From NCBI GenBank assembly GCA_034667685.1, contig JAXDQU010000068.1, positions 1 to 42,078 on the forward strand: a stretch of DNA of 42,078 nt, read 5' to 3'. Under the pieces are notes generated by a model. The model saw nothing but the letters and a program-made list of their open reading frames with translations. It was not told the DNA's origin and searched no databases. The DNA is from Thermoplasmata archaeon. GTDB taxonomy: Archaea; Thermoplasmatota; SW-10-69-26; JACQPN01; JAJPHT01. The stretch's first letter is position 1. Each line of letters begins with the position of its first letter. Both the position numbers and the translations under genes were made by a program. Below are positions 26,846 to 35,499 of this stretch, piece by piece.

Positions 26846-27289
26846 GTGGCGCAAGAGCACGTGGACGTCCTCGACGGCCTGATCCGGCACCCGCCGTTCC
26901 ACGCGTGGCTGGGCGTCGAGGCGGTGGAGGCCGAGCCGGGGCGCGCGGTCCTGCGCATCCCGCCCAACCCGGCGTTCGTGGGCAACCCGTTCGTCCCGGC
27001 GGTGCATGGCGGCATCGTCGCGGCGCTCATCGACCTCGCGGGCGGCGCGGCGCTCTTCGTACAATTGCAGTTCCCAACGCCCACGATCGACATGCGCGTC
27101 GACTACCTGCGGCCGGCCATCGCGGGCCGCGCGCTCCTGGCCGAGGCGCGCGTGAAGTCGCTGGGCAAGACCGTGGGCTTCGTGGACGTCGACGTGAAGG
27201 ACGATCAGGACCGCCTCGTGGCGACGGGGCGCTGCGCGTACTCCGTGAAGGACCAGGAGCAGGGCCCGCGCGGGTTCCCGATCGGGTGA
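26846..27289 (+). CDS. PaaI family thioesterase
   Basis: HGGIVAALID, TIDMRVDYLRPA. Confidence 0.92.
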   Translation: MAQEHVDVLDGLIRHPPFHAWLGVEAVEAEPGRAVLRIPPNPAFVGNPFVPAVHGGIVAALIDLAGGAALFVQLQFPTPTIDMRVDYLRPAIAGRALLAEARVKSLGKTVGFVDVDVKDDQDRLVATGRCAYSVKDQEQGPRGFPIG

Positions 27290-27691
27290 TCAGGCGGGCG
27301 GGTCGGCCTCGCGCCGGTAGTCCCAGACGCGGGCGCCCAGCGCGTCGCGCAGGTGCTTGACGTTCGTCGACGCGATCCACATGCCGTGGTAGGCGGCGGT
27401 CGCGGCCACCTGCGTGTCGCCCCAGCCCGGGAACTTGCCGCGGCGGATGGCGCCCTGGGCGAGCCGCGCCGCCTCGCGCGCGATGGCCTCGTCGAACGGC
27501 ACGACCTCGAAGCTCTCGGCGAGCTCGCGGAAGCCTTGCGCGATATCAAGCAGGCCGGCGCCGTACTCCACGGCCACCTGCGCGGGGACGAGGATGCGCT
27601 CGGGGGAGGAGGCCATGCGCTCCAGCGCGGCGGGAGCGCCGTGCTTGCGGGCGCGCACGTCGATCAGGAACGTCGCGTCGAGGACGGGCAC
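27290..27691 (-). CDS. vapC: PIN-domain toxin (VapC-like)
   Basis: LDATFLID, VAVEY, GDTQVAATA, STNVKH. Confidence 0.88.
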   Translation of the reverse strand: MPVLDATFLIDVRARKHGAPAALERMASSPERILVPAQVAVEYGAGLLDIAQGFRELAESFEVVPFDEAIAREAARLAQGAIRRGKFPGWGDTQVAATAAYHGMWIASTNVKHLRDALGARVWDYRREADPPA

Positions 27692-27692
27692 G

Positions 27693-27929
27693 TCATTCCG
27701 TCCAGGGGTTGCGCTTGTCGGCGCGGCGCATGGCGGCGCGGGCCTTGGCGTAGGACTGCGCGGGGAACGCCGGCGCGGCCTTCGCCCGGAGGAAGCGGCG
27801 CGGGTCCTTGCGGTGCATCGTCGCCTCGCGCAGGAGCCGGAGCAGCACGTCGCTGTCGCTCTCGTCCGGCCCCTTCTCGTGGCGCAGCGCGCGGAACGCC
27901 TCGTCGCTGAAGGACGTCGTGCGGGCCAT
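27693..27929 (-). CDS. vapB: VapB-like antitoxin
   Basis: SDEAFRALRHEKGPDESDSDVLLRLL, directly upstream of the PIN gene. Confidence 0.82.
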   Translation of the reverse strand: MARTTSFSDEAFRALRHEKGPDESDSDVLLRLLREATMHRKDPRRFLRAKAAPAFPAQSYAKARAAMRRADKRNPWTE

Positions 27930-27955
27930 GTGCCATCATGGCACCATCATGGTAC

Positions 27956-28354
27956 TTATGGATTCGCGTGGGACCAGACGAGCCGGGGTGCCCCGCCGCG
28001 CTCCCCGACCACGAACGCGAGCTGGCCGAAGTCGCGCGCGATCGCGAGCGCCTCGTCGCGCCGGATGCCGAGCACGAGGACGCTGGGCTCGCGCCACGCG
28101 CCCCCGTCGCCCACCGACTCGCCCTCGATGCAGGGATAGCCCGCGAGGCGATCGAGCAGGCGGCGCGCGGCGGCCCGGTTCTCCGTCTCGCCGCGCGGCA
28201 CCGAGCCGGGGTTCCACGCCGTGAGGTACGCCCACGTCGCGGCGCCGTGCCGCGCGAGCAGCTCGTCGAGCGCCGCGTTGGGCTCGCCGATGCGCAGCCG
28301 GAGGGGCCCCGCGGCGTAGGTCGTCACGCGGTAGGCGCGTTCGAGGCGCGACAT
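27956..28354 (-). CDS. DUF3293 family protein
   Basis: AYRVTTY, LTAWNPGS, WREPS, FGQLA. Confidence 0.85.
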   Translation of the reverse strand: MSRLERAYRVTTYAAGPLRLRIGEPNAALDELLARHGAATWAYLTAWNPGSVPRGETENRAAARRLLDRLAGYPCIEGESVGDGGAWREPSVLVLGIRRDEALAIARDFGQLAFVVGERGGAPRLVWSHANP

Positions 28355-28382
28355 GTCCACGTGCTCGTCAGGTGAGCGTAGC

Positions 28383-29099
28383 TTGAAGGACGTTGCGCGG
28401 ATTGCGGCGCGCTTGCTCGTCGAGAAGGACGTCACCGCGAGCACCAACGACGACGCGCGAGCCTTGGCGCTCGAAGGCGCGCCCGCGGGCAGCGCGGTCC
28501 TCGCGCGCCGGCAGACGCGCGGCCGGGGGCGCGCGGGGCGGGCGTTCCTCTCGCCCGAGGGCGGGCTCTACCTGAGCGTCGTGCTGCGCCCCGCGATGCC
28601 CGCCGAGCGCTGGAGCCTCCTGCCGCTCGCGGTCGGCGTCGCCTGCGCGCGGGTGCTGCGCGAGCGCGGCTTCGCGGCGGACGTCAAGTGGCCCAACGAC
28701 CTGCTCGTGGGCGGGCGCAAGCTCGCGGGGATCCTCGTCGAGTCGCGCCCCGGCCCGCAAGGATTCGCGGTCGCCGGCATCGGCATGAACGTCGCCACCG
28801 CGCCGATGCCCGAGGCGACCGCGCTGGCCGAGCACGGCGAGGCGCCGCCATTGCGCGCGCTGGCCGAGGCGCTCGCGCAGGCCTTCGTCGCGCAGGCCGA
28901 CGCGCTCGCGCTCGAAGGGCCGGCCTCCACGCTCGCCCAGCTGCGGCCGGTGTGCGTCACGCTGGGCCGGAAGGTCGCGTGGGAGAAGGGGTCGGGCGTC
29001 GCCGTCGACGTCGCCGAGGACGGCGCGCTGGTCGTGGAGAAGGTGGACGGCGCCCGCGAGCGGATCGTCGCGGGCGACGTGCGGATCACTCAATCGTAG
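28383..29099 (+). CDS. birA: Biotin--[acetyl-CoA carboxylase] ligase without HTH domain
   Basis: STND, QTRGRGR, KWPND, KLAGILVE, GIGMNV; TTG start inferred. Confidence 0.92.
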   Translation: MKDVARIAARLLVEKDVTASTNDDARALALEGAPAGSAVLARRQTRGRGRAGRAFLSPEGGLYLSVVLRPAMPAERWSLLPLAVGVACARVLRERGFAADVKWPNDLLVGGRKLAGILVESRPGPQGFAVAGIGMNVATAPMPEATALAEHGEAPPLRALAEALAQAFVAQADALALEGPASTLAQLRPVCVTLGRKVAWEKGSGVAVDVAEDGALVVEKVDGARERIVAGDVRITQS

Positions 29100-29298
29100 G
29101 CGCGAGGCCCGGCAGGGAGAGCGTCTCCTCCATGCCGCGGCTGGCGAAGTAGACGTCGAGCGCCTCGGTGATGGCGTCGCTGATCTGCTTGCCGGTCAGG
29201 ACCTTCATCGAGTGGAGCCGGATGTGGTGGCTCACGGGGATCTTGACCTTGACTTCCTTCGCGCGGGTCGGATCGGGCTTGGGTTCACGGATCATCAT
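29086..29298 (-). CDS. Ribbon-helix-helix-like protein (paralogue 2)
   Basis: KEVKVKIP...LHSMKVLTGKQISDAITEALDVYF. Confidence 0.75.
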   Translation of the reverse strand: MMIREPKPDPTRAKEVKVKIPVSHHIRLHSMKVLTGKQISDAITEALDVYFASRGMEETLSLPGLAPTIE

Positions 29299-29303
29299 GT
29301 TCA

Positions 29304-29322
29304 GTTCCTCCCCCGAGGAATC
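29304..29322 (-). promoter_or_regulatory. 19-nt leader palindrome overlapping the RBS (copy 1)
   Basis: GATTCCTCGGGGGAGGAAC, identical to 29574-29592. Confidence 0.7.
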
Positions 29323-29346
29323 GCACCCGGCGGGGCCGGGCTGCTA

Positions 29347-29571
29347 TCACCTGGTCTGGCGCGTGGTGGACATAAGGGAATCGGGTTCGGGCCTCGCCCG
29401 AAGGCCCTGGACCTGCTCGAAGTAGAGGTCGAGCGCCTCGATCACGGCGTCGCTGATGGGCTTCCCCGTGAGCACCTTCATCGAGTGCAGCTTCACGTGG
29501 TGCCCGATCGGGACCTTCACCTTCACTTCCTTCGGTCGGTGCGGATCGCTCTTCGGCTCGTCAATCAACAT
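29347..29571 (-). CDS. Ribbon-helix-helix-like protein (paralogue 1)
   Basis: KEVKVKVP...LHSMKVLTGKPISDAVIEALDLYF. Confidence 0.75.
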   Translation of the reverse strand: MLIDEPKSDPHRPKEVKVKVPIGHHVKLHSMKVLTGKPISDAVIEALDLYFEQVQGLRARPEPDSLMSTTRQTR

Positions 29572-29573
29572 CG

Positions 29574-29592
29574 GTTCCTCCCCCGAGGAATC
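29574..29592 (-). promoter_or_regulatory. 19-nt leader palindrome overlapping the RBS (copy 2)
   Basis: GATTCCTCGGGGGAGGAAC, 2 nt before the ATG. Confidence 0.7.
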
Positions 29593-29694
29593 CCCGCCAG
29601 GCGGGGCCCCCGAACGTTCACCGACGTTGCCATCAAGGTTCCGGGAGTTCCCCGGCTCAGATTCGGACGATGCCGACCACCCCCGACGGGGGGT

Positions 29695-31149
29695 TCAGAA
29701 CGAGGCGCCCAGGTAGGCCGAGATGATCTTCGACTCGGCCAGGACGAGGTTCTTGTGGATGGCGTTCGCGCTGACGCCCAGCGTCTTCGCGACGCCCTCC
29801 AGCGTCGTGCCCCGCGGCGTCTGGTAATAGCCCAGCGCGTGCGCGACGCGCAGCACCTCGAGCTGGCGGCCGGTGAGCGGCTCGCCCATCTCGGGGGGCG
29901 CGGCGAACTCGCCCAGCGCGCGGGCGTGGAGCACGTCGTGCTCGACCCAGTGGCCGGCGCGAGCCGCGTCCGCGAGCCGCGCCAGCAGCCGCTCCTCCGT
30001 GTGGGGGCGCACGAGCAGGATGCGCAGGATCGCGTCGTCCCCCTCGAAGAGGATGGGCCGGAGCACCGCGTCGCCGCCCCAGACCTCGGACCACCACGCC
30101 ATGCCGTAGCCGACGCGGCCGCGCGCCTCGATGCGGGCCACCAGCGTCCCACGCTCGCGCGCGACGACCTGGACGTGGGAGACCTCGGGGCGCCCCTGGA
30201 GCCCCGCGACGAGCTTGGCGCCGGCGTCGTCGGGCGCGTGCGCGATGAGGAGATGGCGCGTCGTGCCCGCCAGCCGGTCCTCCGAGGCCGGGACGAGGAC
30301 CACGCTGGAGCCGGGCGCCGCGTGCGTGAAGGCCGCCGACCCGAAGTCGGGCGCGCGGACGCGCACCGTGATCTCCCAGGGCTGCGCGGGTCCCACGGAC
30401 GCGTGGTCCGCGCGACCGCGCCGGCGCGACGAGGAGGCGCGGGGCGCGGGCTGCACGTGGGCGCACACGAGCGTCTCCTCGGCGGCCTTCAGGCGCTTGT
30501 GGACGGGCGAGATCGAGAGGCCGACCTTGGCCGCGATGCCTTCGAGCGTCGAGCGCTTCGGCGTGTCGTAGTAGCCCAGCGAGGCGGCGAGACGCAGCAG
30601 CTCCTCCTGCTCGGGCGGGAGCATGCGCCGGACGAGGTGCGCGACCTCGGCGGGTTGGATCGAGCCGACGCGCGCGACGCGGAAGTCCGGCGCGCCCAGC
30701 GCGCGTTGCGCCGCCTGGAGCGCCCGCAGCGCCTCGGGAGGATCCACGGGGCGCGCGACGAGCACGCGGATGCGGGCACGGCCGCCGCGGACCACGATGG
30801 GGTCGAGCAGGCCGTCGAGGCCCGCCTCGCGCAGGACCGCGGGGAGCCCCAGGAAGCCCAGCGCCGCGGGGCCCTCGCCGCAGGGCATGGTGAGCAGCAG
30901 GCCGAGGAAGGACTCGCTCGCGTAGGCGACCTCGACGTCGTCCTGCGGGCGCAGCGCGCGGAGGTCGCGCGCCAGGCCGTCGAAGTGGGAAGCGGGGCCG
31001 TGGCAGGCCAGGAGCACGCGCATGCGGCGGGACGCCTGGCCGTCGTCGAGGATGCGGACCAGCGCGAACGCCCCATCCGGCGGCCGGGTCAGCTGGACCA
31101 GCGGCGAGCGGGCGTCGCCGATCTCCACCACCAGCTCGGTGAAAGTCAC
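29695..31149 (-). CDS. Regulator with two Bat-type (HTH_10) domains
   Basis: LPPEQEELL...GYYDTPKRSTLEGIA...AEE and LTGRQLEVL...GYYQTPRGTTLEGVA...AESK. Confidence 0.88.
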   Translation of the reverse strand: MTFTELVVEIGDARSPLVQLTRPPDGAFALVRILDDGQASRRMRVLLACHGPASHFDGLARDLRALRPQDDVEVAYASESFLGLLLTMPCGEGPAALGFLGLPAVLREAGLDGLLDPIVVRGGRARIRVLVARPVDPPEALRALQAAQRALGAPDFRVARVGSIQPAEVAHLVRRMLPPEQEELLRLAASLGYYDTPKRSTLEGIAAKVGLSISPVHKRLKAAEETLVCAHVQPAPRASSSRRRGRADHASVGPAQPWEITVRVRAPDFGSAAFTHAAPGSSVVLVPASEDRLAGTTRHLLIAHAPDDAGAKLVAGLQGRPEVSHVQVVARERGTLVARIEARGRVGYGMAWWSEVWGGDAVLRPILFEGDDAILRILLVRPHTEERLLARLADAARAGHWVEHDVLHARALGEFAAPPEMGEPLTGRQLEVLRVAHALGYYQTPRGTTLEGVAKTLGVSANAIHKNLVLAESKIISAYLGASF

Positions 31150-31366
31150 TTCTCCCGCCCCCCGTTCCTCACAGGGCCTCGCGTGGCGGAAGCATTCGCT
31201 CCCAAACGTCAAACACTCCCGAGGCAGCAAAGGTCGGGAAGTAGAAAACATTTCCTTGACCTGTTGTGGTAGAGGCGTCCGCGTCCCAGCCGTTCCGCCC
31301 GTCGGAACATTTTAGAGGGGGGCAGGAATCTCAGGGCCGATTCCCCGGGGTCGCTCCCGAGGTTCT

Positions 31367-31440
31367 GCCACCTTAGCTCAGCCTGGTAGAGCAGCTGATT
31401 CGTAATCAGCAGGTCGAGGGTTCGAACCCCTCAGGTGGCT
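31367..31440 (+). tRNA. tRNA-Thr(CGT), no intron, CCA not encoded
   Basis: Acceptor GCCACCT/AGGTGGC, anticodon arm GCTGA-TTCGTAA-TCAGC, T arm GAGGG-TTCGAAC-CCCTC. Confidence 0.97.
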
Positions 31441-31543
31441 CTCATTTCTTCTCGGGCCGGCTTATCGCCCCCGAAGCCGCGCTTCAGCGCGGCGGAGCGG
31501 GGCGCGTAGGGAGTATTGCCGGCTGGTACGCCAGCCGGGTCTG

Positions 31544-31560
31544 GAACCCCTCAGGTGGCT
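31544..31560 (+). repeat. Direct repeat of the tRNA-Thr 3' end (att-like)
   Basis: gaacccctcaggtggct, identical to 31424-31440. Confidence 0.9.
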
Positions 31561-31805
31561 TTCTTTTCCGTTTCCTTGGGCGTGCAGATGACGATCTCTC
31601 TCGCCAGCGCCACCAGGACGAAGCCGAAGAAGGCGGCGCTCCCGGCGCCCAGGCCGAAGGCCAGCGAGACGAGGATGCCGGCGACGAGGCCGGTCGCGAG
31701 GAACGGCTTGGCGTCCCAGAGCGCGTCGTCCAACGTGCGGCCGGCGGGTACGTGCTCGACGTAGGCGCCGAGGATGGGCTCGGCGTCGGGCAGCTCGACG
31801 TCCAT
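31551..31805 (-). CDS. Small membrane protein
   Basis: Two hydrophobic segments; stop codon falls inside the tRNA repeat. Confidence 0.65.
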   Translation of the reverse strand: MDVELPDAEPILGAYVEHVPAGRTLDDALWDAKPFLATGLVAGILVSLAFGLGAGSAAFFGFVLVALAREIVICTPKETEKKAT

Positions 31806-31881
31806 GACCCTCGGGGGAGCGTCGCGCCTTTTCCCGCTCGTGGCACGATCGTTCTCCGCCACGACGCCCCGATCGACCCTG

Positions 31882-32012
31882 GCGATTCGGCCGAATCGCG
31901 TGCTTTGCAGCTAGTCGCGAGAGGCCGAACCGGAGTTCGGCCGAATTCCTCTCCTTGCGCCGTGCGCGGCGCTCGTCGGGTTCGGCCTCTCGCGACCCGT
32001 TCCGGGTCGCGA
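31882..32012. repeat. Cluster of TTCGGCCGAA-centred palindromes and inverted repeats
   Basis: Perfect 18-bp palindrome 31882-31899; near-palindrome 31932-31949; 18-bp IR 31914-31931/31979-31996. Confidence 0.75.
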
Positions 32013-32065
32013 TTCCGGCGCACTCGCCGGAAGCCTTATCTCAGCCGCTGGCGACTCGAACGGAC

Positions 32066-32269
32066 ATGCAGCCCCGCGCCGCCCCGGGCCGGCTGACCCG
32101 CTTCTGGAAGGCCCTGACCTCCGCGCAGCGGCGCCGGATCGTTCTGGGCTCGCTGGTGGTCGTCTCGCTGGCCGCGCGCGACGTGCTGCTTTTCCTGACC
32201 TCGGCCGGGCTCTGGGGCCTGATGGAAGTGGCGCCCCGGGCAACGGGCACCGCGCGCGCTAGCGCTTGA
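32066..32269 (+). CDS. Small membrane protein
   Basis: Hydrophobic core; TATA-like CCTTATCT ~25-30 nt upstream. Confidence 0.55.
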   Translation: MQPRAAPGRLTRFWKALTSAQRRRIVLGSLVVVSLAARDVLLFLTSAGLWGLMEVAPRATGTARASA

Positions 32270-32573
32270 TCTGGCGCTCGTTCTCCAGCGTCTCCAGCCT
32301 CGCGCGGATCTCTTCGAGGCTCTCCAGCACGGTGCGCTCGAAGGGCGTGAACTGGCGGTTGGCCAGCATGCGGTGGGCGAGGAGCATGCCCACGAACGCG
32401 CCGCCCACGACGCCCAGCACGAGGAGCAGCACGAAGCCGATGGCCTGCGTGAGCACGAAGATCGCGAGGTTGTCGAAGGGGGGCACGCCGAAGTAGACGA
32501 GCGCGACGAACGTCGCCGCCACCGCGAGCGCGCCCGCGAGGGTCCAGTAGGAGATGGGGAAGCGCCGCGCCAT
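32259..32573 (-). CDS. Two-TM protein with C-terminal coiled coil
   Basis: MARRFPISYW...; 1-nt overlap with the upstream gene. Confidence 0.75.
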   Translation of the reverse strand: MARRFPISYWTLAGALAVAATFVALVYFGVPPFDNLAIFVLTQAIGFVLLLVLGVVGGAFVGMLLAHRMLANRQFTPFERTVLESLEEIRARLETLENERQIKR

Positions 32574-33013
32574 CAGCCCGACCTCGGGTGGTCGAGGATC
32601 TGCGTGTAGGGAAGGCTGTAGGTGCGCGGCTCGCCCCACTCGTTCGTCTCGCCGAGGCGCGCGATGCGCGCGTGCTCGGTGCCTTCGCTGGGCACGATCT
32701 CCACGCGCGCGCGCCAGTCGTAGAGCTGGTCGCCCGCGGCGGCGCTGACGACGGCGAAGAAGCTCGTGCCGTTGATCGCCTCCTCCAGCGAGTACGCGTG
32801 CGTGCGGTTGACGACGGTGCGATTGTCCAGCGAGAGGGAGAGCCACTCGTACGCGCGGTCGCCGAACGCGGCGTGGACGTAGACGGTGAAGTTCCCGTCG
32901 GGGCGCGGCGCGAGGACGATCTCGGGCGCCTGGAGGTTGGGGTTCGCAACGCCGCTCTGGCCGGTGCAGCCGCTCAAGGCGGCGAGCACGAGCAGGGAGA
33001 GCCAACGTCGCAT
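32573..33013 (-). CDS. Hypothetical lipoprotein
   Basis: MRRWLSLLVLAALSGC. Confidence 0.75.
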   Translation of the reverse strand: MRRWLSLLVLAALSGCTGQSGVANPNLQAPEIVLAPRPDGNFTVYVHAAFGDRAYEWLSLSLDNRTVVNRTHAYSLEEAINGTSFFAVVSAAAGDQLYDWRARVEIVPSEGTEHARIARLGETNEWGEPRTYSLPYTQILDHPRSG

Positions 33014-33043
33014 GCTCCCGCACCCCCGCGGGGGCATAAAGGG

Positions 33044-33400
33044 CTATTCGTTCCGGTCGCGCGTGATCTCGACCTCGGCCCAGTCGGCGTGCGCGCCCGG
33101 GATGGGCGGCGCGGGCTTGCGCACACGGATCGTGACCCGCTTGGCGCCCAGCCCGAGGACGGCCTGCGCGGCGCGCTCGGCGATCGTCTCCACGAGGTTC
33201 GCTTCGTGCCCCTCCACCGCGGCGCGGATCGCGCGGTACGCGGCCGCGTAGTCGAGCGTCGCGCCGATGCGGTCCTGCGCGCCGGCGAGGTCGAGGTACG
33301 CGTCGAAGTCGATCTCGAGGTGCTGCCCGACGTGGCGCTCCTCGTGGGTGCAGCCGACGTGCGTGAAGACGCGGACGTTGCGAAGCGAGACGCGGTCCAT
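33044..33400 (-). CDS. folB: Dihydroneopterin aldolase
   Basis: HVGCTHEERHVGQ, TLDY, NLVETIAE, RKPAPPI; adjacent to folP. Confidence 0.92.
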   Translation of the reverse strand: MDRVSLRNVRVFTHVGCTHEERHVGQHLEIDFDAYLDLAGAQDRIGATLDYAAAYRAIRAAVEGHEANLVETIAERAAQAVLGLGAKRVTIRVRKPAPPIPGAHADWAEVEITRDRNE

Positions 33401-34234
33401 TCAATCCCTCTTGAGAACTTCATCCGCCACGGCGAGCGCGCGCTTGTGGGCCTTGACGTCGTGGACGCGCACGACCTGCGCGCCGCGCTCCGCCGCGAGC
33501 ACGTGCGCCGCGACGCTCGCCTCGACGCGGTCCTGCGGCGGCGCCCCGCCCGTGAGCGCGCCCAGGAACCCCTTGCGCGAGGCGCCCACGAGGAGCGGAT
33601 ACCCGAGCATCGCGATCTCCGGCAGGCCGCGCAGCAGCGCGAGGTTGTGCGCCTGCGTCTTGCCGAAGCCGAGCCCCGGGTCGAGCGCGATCGCCTCGCG
33701 CGGCACGCCCGCCGCCTCCGCCGCGCGCGCCCGTTCCAGGAGGAAGGCGGCGACCTCCTTGACCACGTCGTGATAGCGCGGGTCCTGCTGCATCGTGCGC
33801 GGCTCGCCCTGCATGTGCATGAGGACGACGCCCACGCCGCTGCGCGCGACGAGGGGAAGCATGGCCGGGTCGCCCCCCGCGGTGATATCATTGACGATCG
33901 CGGCGCCCGCCTCCAGCGCGGCCTGGGCGACGCTTGCCTTCATCGTGTCCACCGACACGAGGGCGCCCGCGGCCGCGAGCCGCCGCACGACGGGCACGAC
34001 GCGCCGCAACTCCTCGGCCTCGCTCACCGGCGCCGCGCCCGGGCGCGTGCTCTCGCCGCCCACGTCCAGGATGTCGGCGCCTTCGGCCAGGAGCGCGAGC
34101 CCGTGCGCCACGGCGGCGTCCTCGGTCGCGTGCTCGCCGCCGTCGCTGAAGCTGTCGGGCGTGACGTTGACGATGCCCATGACGAGCGTCCGGTCGAGGG
34201 GCAGGCCGCGCCCCCTCACGCGCCACGACCTCAT
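33401..34234 (-). CDS. folP: Dihydropteroate synthase
   Basis: MGIVNVTPDSFSDGG, GGESTRPG, DPGLGFGK, SRK, RVHDV. Confidence 0.97.
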   Translation of the reverse strand: MRSWRVRGRGLPLDRTLVMGIVNVTPDSFSDGGEHATEDAAVAHGLALLAEGADILDVGGESTRPGAAPVSEAEELRRVVPVVRRLAAAGALVSVDTMKASVAQAALEAGAAIVNDITAGGDPAMLPLVARSGVGVVLMHMQGEPRTMQQDPRYHDVVKEVAAFLLERARAAEAAGVPREAIALDPGLGFGKTQAHNLALLRGLPEIAMLGYPLLVGASRKGFLGALTGGAPPQDRVEASVAAHVLAAERGAQVVRVHDVKAHKRALAVADEVLKRD

Positions 34235-35499
34235 GCGCGCTCCATCAGCCCGAGCACGTGCCCCACCAGGTAAAGGCTCCCCGTCACGAGCACGAGCCCG
34301 TCCGGGCCGGCGATGCCCTCCGCGGTGCGCAGCGCGTGCCCCGGCTCGTCCACCGCGAGGCCGAAGAGCCCGCTCATGCTGAAGGCGCGCGCGGCCTCCT
34401 GCGGCTCCAGGGCGCGCGGCGAGGGGACGCGCGTGACGACCGCGTCGCTCACGCACGGCGATAGCAATTCTACCATCTGCATCCAGTCCTTGTCGGCCAG
34501 CGCGCCGAAGACCGCGACGGGCCGGAGCCCCTCGGCCTGGAGATGCGCGACGAGCGCGCGCATGCCGGCGGGGTTGTGCGCGCCGTCGAGAAGGAGCGCG
34601 GGCTTGCCTGGCACCCGCTGCAGCCGCCCGGGCCAGCGCGCCTGGGGGAAGCCGCGCCGCACCGCGTCGACCGACACGGAGAGGCCGCGCGCGTCCACCG
34701 CGTCGAGCGTCGCCATCGCCAGCGCGGCGTTCTCCACCTGGTGCGCGCCCAGGAAGGGGATCTCGACGAGGCCGTGCTCGCGCAGGCCGTCGACCTCGAA
34801 CGTCTGGCCCCCCGGCGTGCGCTGCGCGGGGAGCGGGACGAAGTCGTCGCCCAGCACCGAGAGCGGCGCGCCCCGCTCGCCGGCCGCGAGCCGGATCGCC
34901 GCGAGCGCCTCGCCCGTGGCGCCCGTGACGAGCGGCACGCCCTGCTTCGCGATGCCCGCCTTCTCGCGCGCGATCGCGGCCTCGGTGTCGCCGAGCACCT
35001 CGGTGTGCTCCAGCGAGATGTTGGTGATGAGCGTGGCGAGCGGAGCGTCGAAGACGTTCGTCGCGTCGAGCCGGCCGCCCAGCCCCGTCTCCAGGACGAC
35101 GACGTCGACGCGCGCGTCGGCGAAGCGCTGGAGCGCGAGCGCGGTGGCGACCTCGAAGTACGTCGCCTCGGGGAAGGCGGCGAGCGCGGGCCGGATCCGC
35201 TCCATCGTCGCCGCAAGCTCCGCGCCCGTGATATCAACGCCGTCGATGCGGATGCGCTCGTGGAAGCGCACGAGGTGCGGGCTCGTGTAGAGGCCCGTCC
35301 GGTGCCCCGCGGCCTGGAGCGCGGCGGCCATCAGCGCGCACGCCGAGCCCTTGCCGTTGGAGCCCGCGACGTGGATCACGCGCAGCCCGCGCTCCGGGTT
35401 CCCCAGCGCGGCGAGCATCCCGCGGATCGTCTCGAGGCCGGGCTTCATGCCGAAGCGGGCGCGCGCGTCGAGGAGCGCCAACGCCTCCTGCTCGCTCAT
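34231..35499 (-). CDS. folC: Folylpolyglutamate/dihydrofolate synthase
   Basis: HVAGSNGKGS, YTSPHL, ETGLGGRLDATN, WPGR, LDGAHN, GSLYLVG. Confidence 0.96.
   Translation of the reverse strand: MSEQEALALLDARARFGMKPGLETIRGMLAALGNPERGLRVIHVAGSNGKGSACALMAAALQAAGHRTGLYTSPHLVRFHERIRIDGVDITGAELAATMERIRPALAAFPEATYFEVATALALQRFADARVDVVVLETGLGGRLDATNVFDAPLATLITNISLEHTEVLGDTEAAIAREKAGIAKQGVPLVTGATGEALAAIRLAAGERGAPLSVLGDDFVPLPAQRTPGGQTFEVDGLREHGLVEIPFLGAHQVENAALAMATLDAVDARGLSVSVDAVRRGFPQARWPGRLQRVPGKPALLLDGAHNPAGMRALVAHLQAEGLRPVAVFGALADKDWMQMVELLSPCVSDAVVTRVPSPRALEPQEAARAFSMSGLFGLAVDEPGHALRTAEGIAGPDGLVLVTGSLYLVGHVLGLMERA

Noticed and set aside
27290-27929. VapBC as part of a mobile or defence island
   Set aside because: Solitary pair with host-like composition and no flanking repeats or mobility genes
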